From: a virus
Lineage: Duplodnaviria; Caudoviricetes
IMG/VR virus record: IMGVR_UViG_3300027672_000021
Span: 1-47,080 of that record
DNA: 47,080 nt
Reading direction: 5' to 3' (one strand)
Part shown: in pieces, positions 47,056-47,080 of the stretch
How positions within the stretch are numbered: the first letter of the stretch is position 1
Layout: each line of letters opens with the position of its first letter
Program-made: the position numbers and the translations under genes
Notes under the pieces: model-generated
The model's database searches: none
Told to the model about the DNA's origin: nothing
The model's input: only the letters and a program-made list of their open reading frames with translations

Positions 47056-47080
47056 AACGTTTTTGATGTAAGCCATCACC

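Noticed and set aside
1-47080. tRNA genes, integrase, DNA polymerase, lysis genes, stop-codon reassignment, DGR
   Set aside because: None recognised. Genes are full length in the standard code, and no reverse transcriptase or TR/VR pair was seen. Such genes may lie outside the window.

Overview
The window is ~47 kb of an AT-rich tailed dsDNA phage genome. It is most likely a marine Bacteroidota (Flavobacteriia)-infecting podovirus; host and morphology are inferred from gene content and from starts lacking Shine-Dalgarno sequences with an A at -3. Two convergent arms meet at a bidirectional terminator at ~30141-30175. The + arm (1-30095) is morphogenesis: tandem GroES-like co-chaperonin, terminase, portal, scaffold-like protein, major capsid, ring/tail proteins, internal virion proteins and a 2909-aa polyvalent protein with two zincin motifs. 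The - arm (30209-47080) is replication and early genes: class I RNR alpha and beta, endonuclease, metallophosphoesterase, primase-helicase, SSB-like, RecE-like, Rad52-like, sigma70-like factor, solo DnaA-IV and LytTR proteins, an N6-adenine MTase, DUF932 and many small ORFs. The most notable signal is an array of small ORFs between nrdA and nrdB separated by attC-like imperfect hairpins that follow integron-cassette complementarity rules. Two of these sites supply the start codon and N-terminal leader of the downstream ORF, and another such site follows the MTase gene. No integrase is visible in the window. Second, a perfect 22-bp in-frame direct repeat brackets the LPD23/zincin module inside the giant virion protein. 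All product calls come from motif recognition by eye; no database searches were run.
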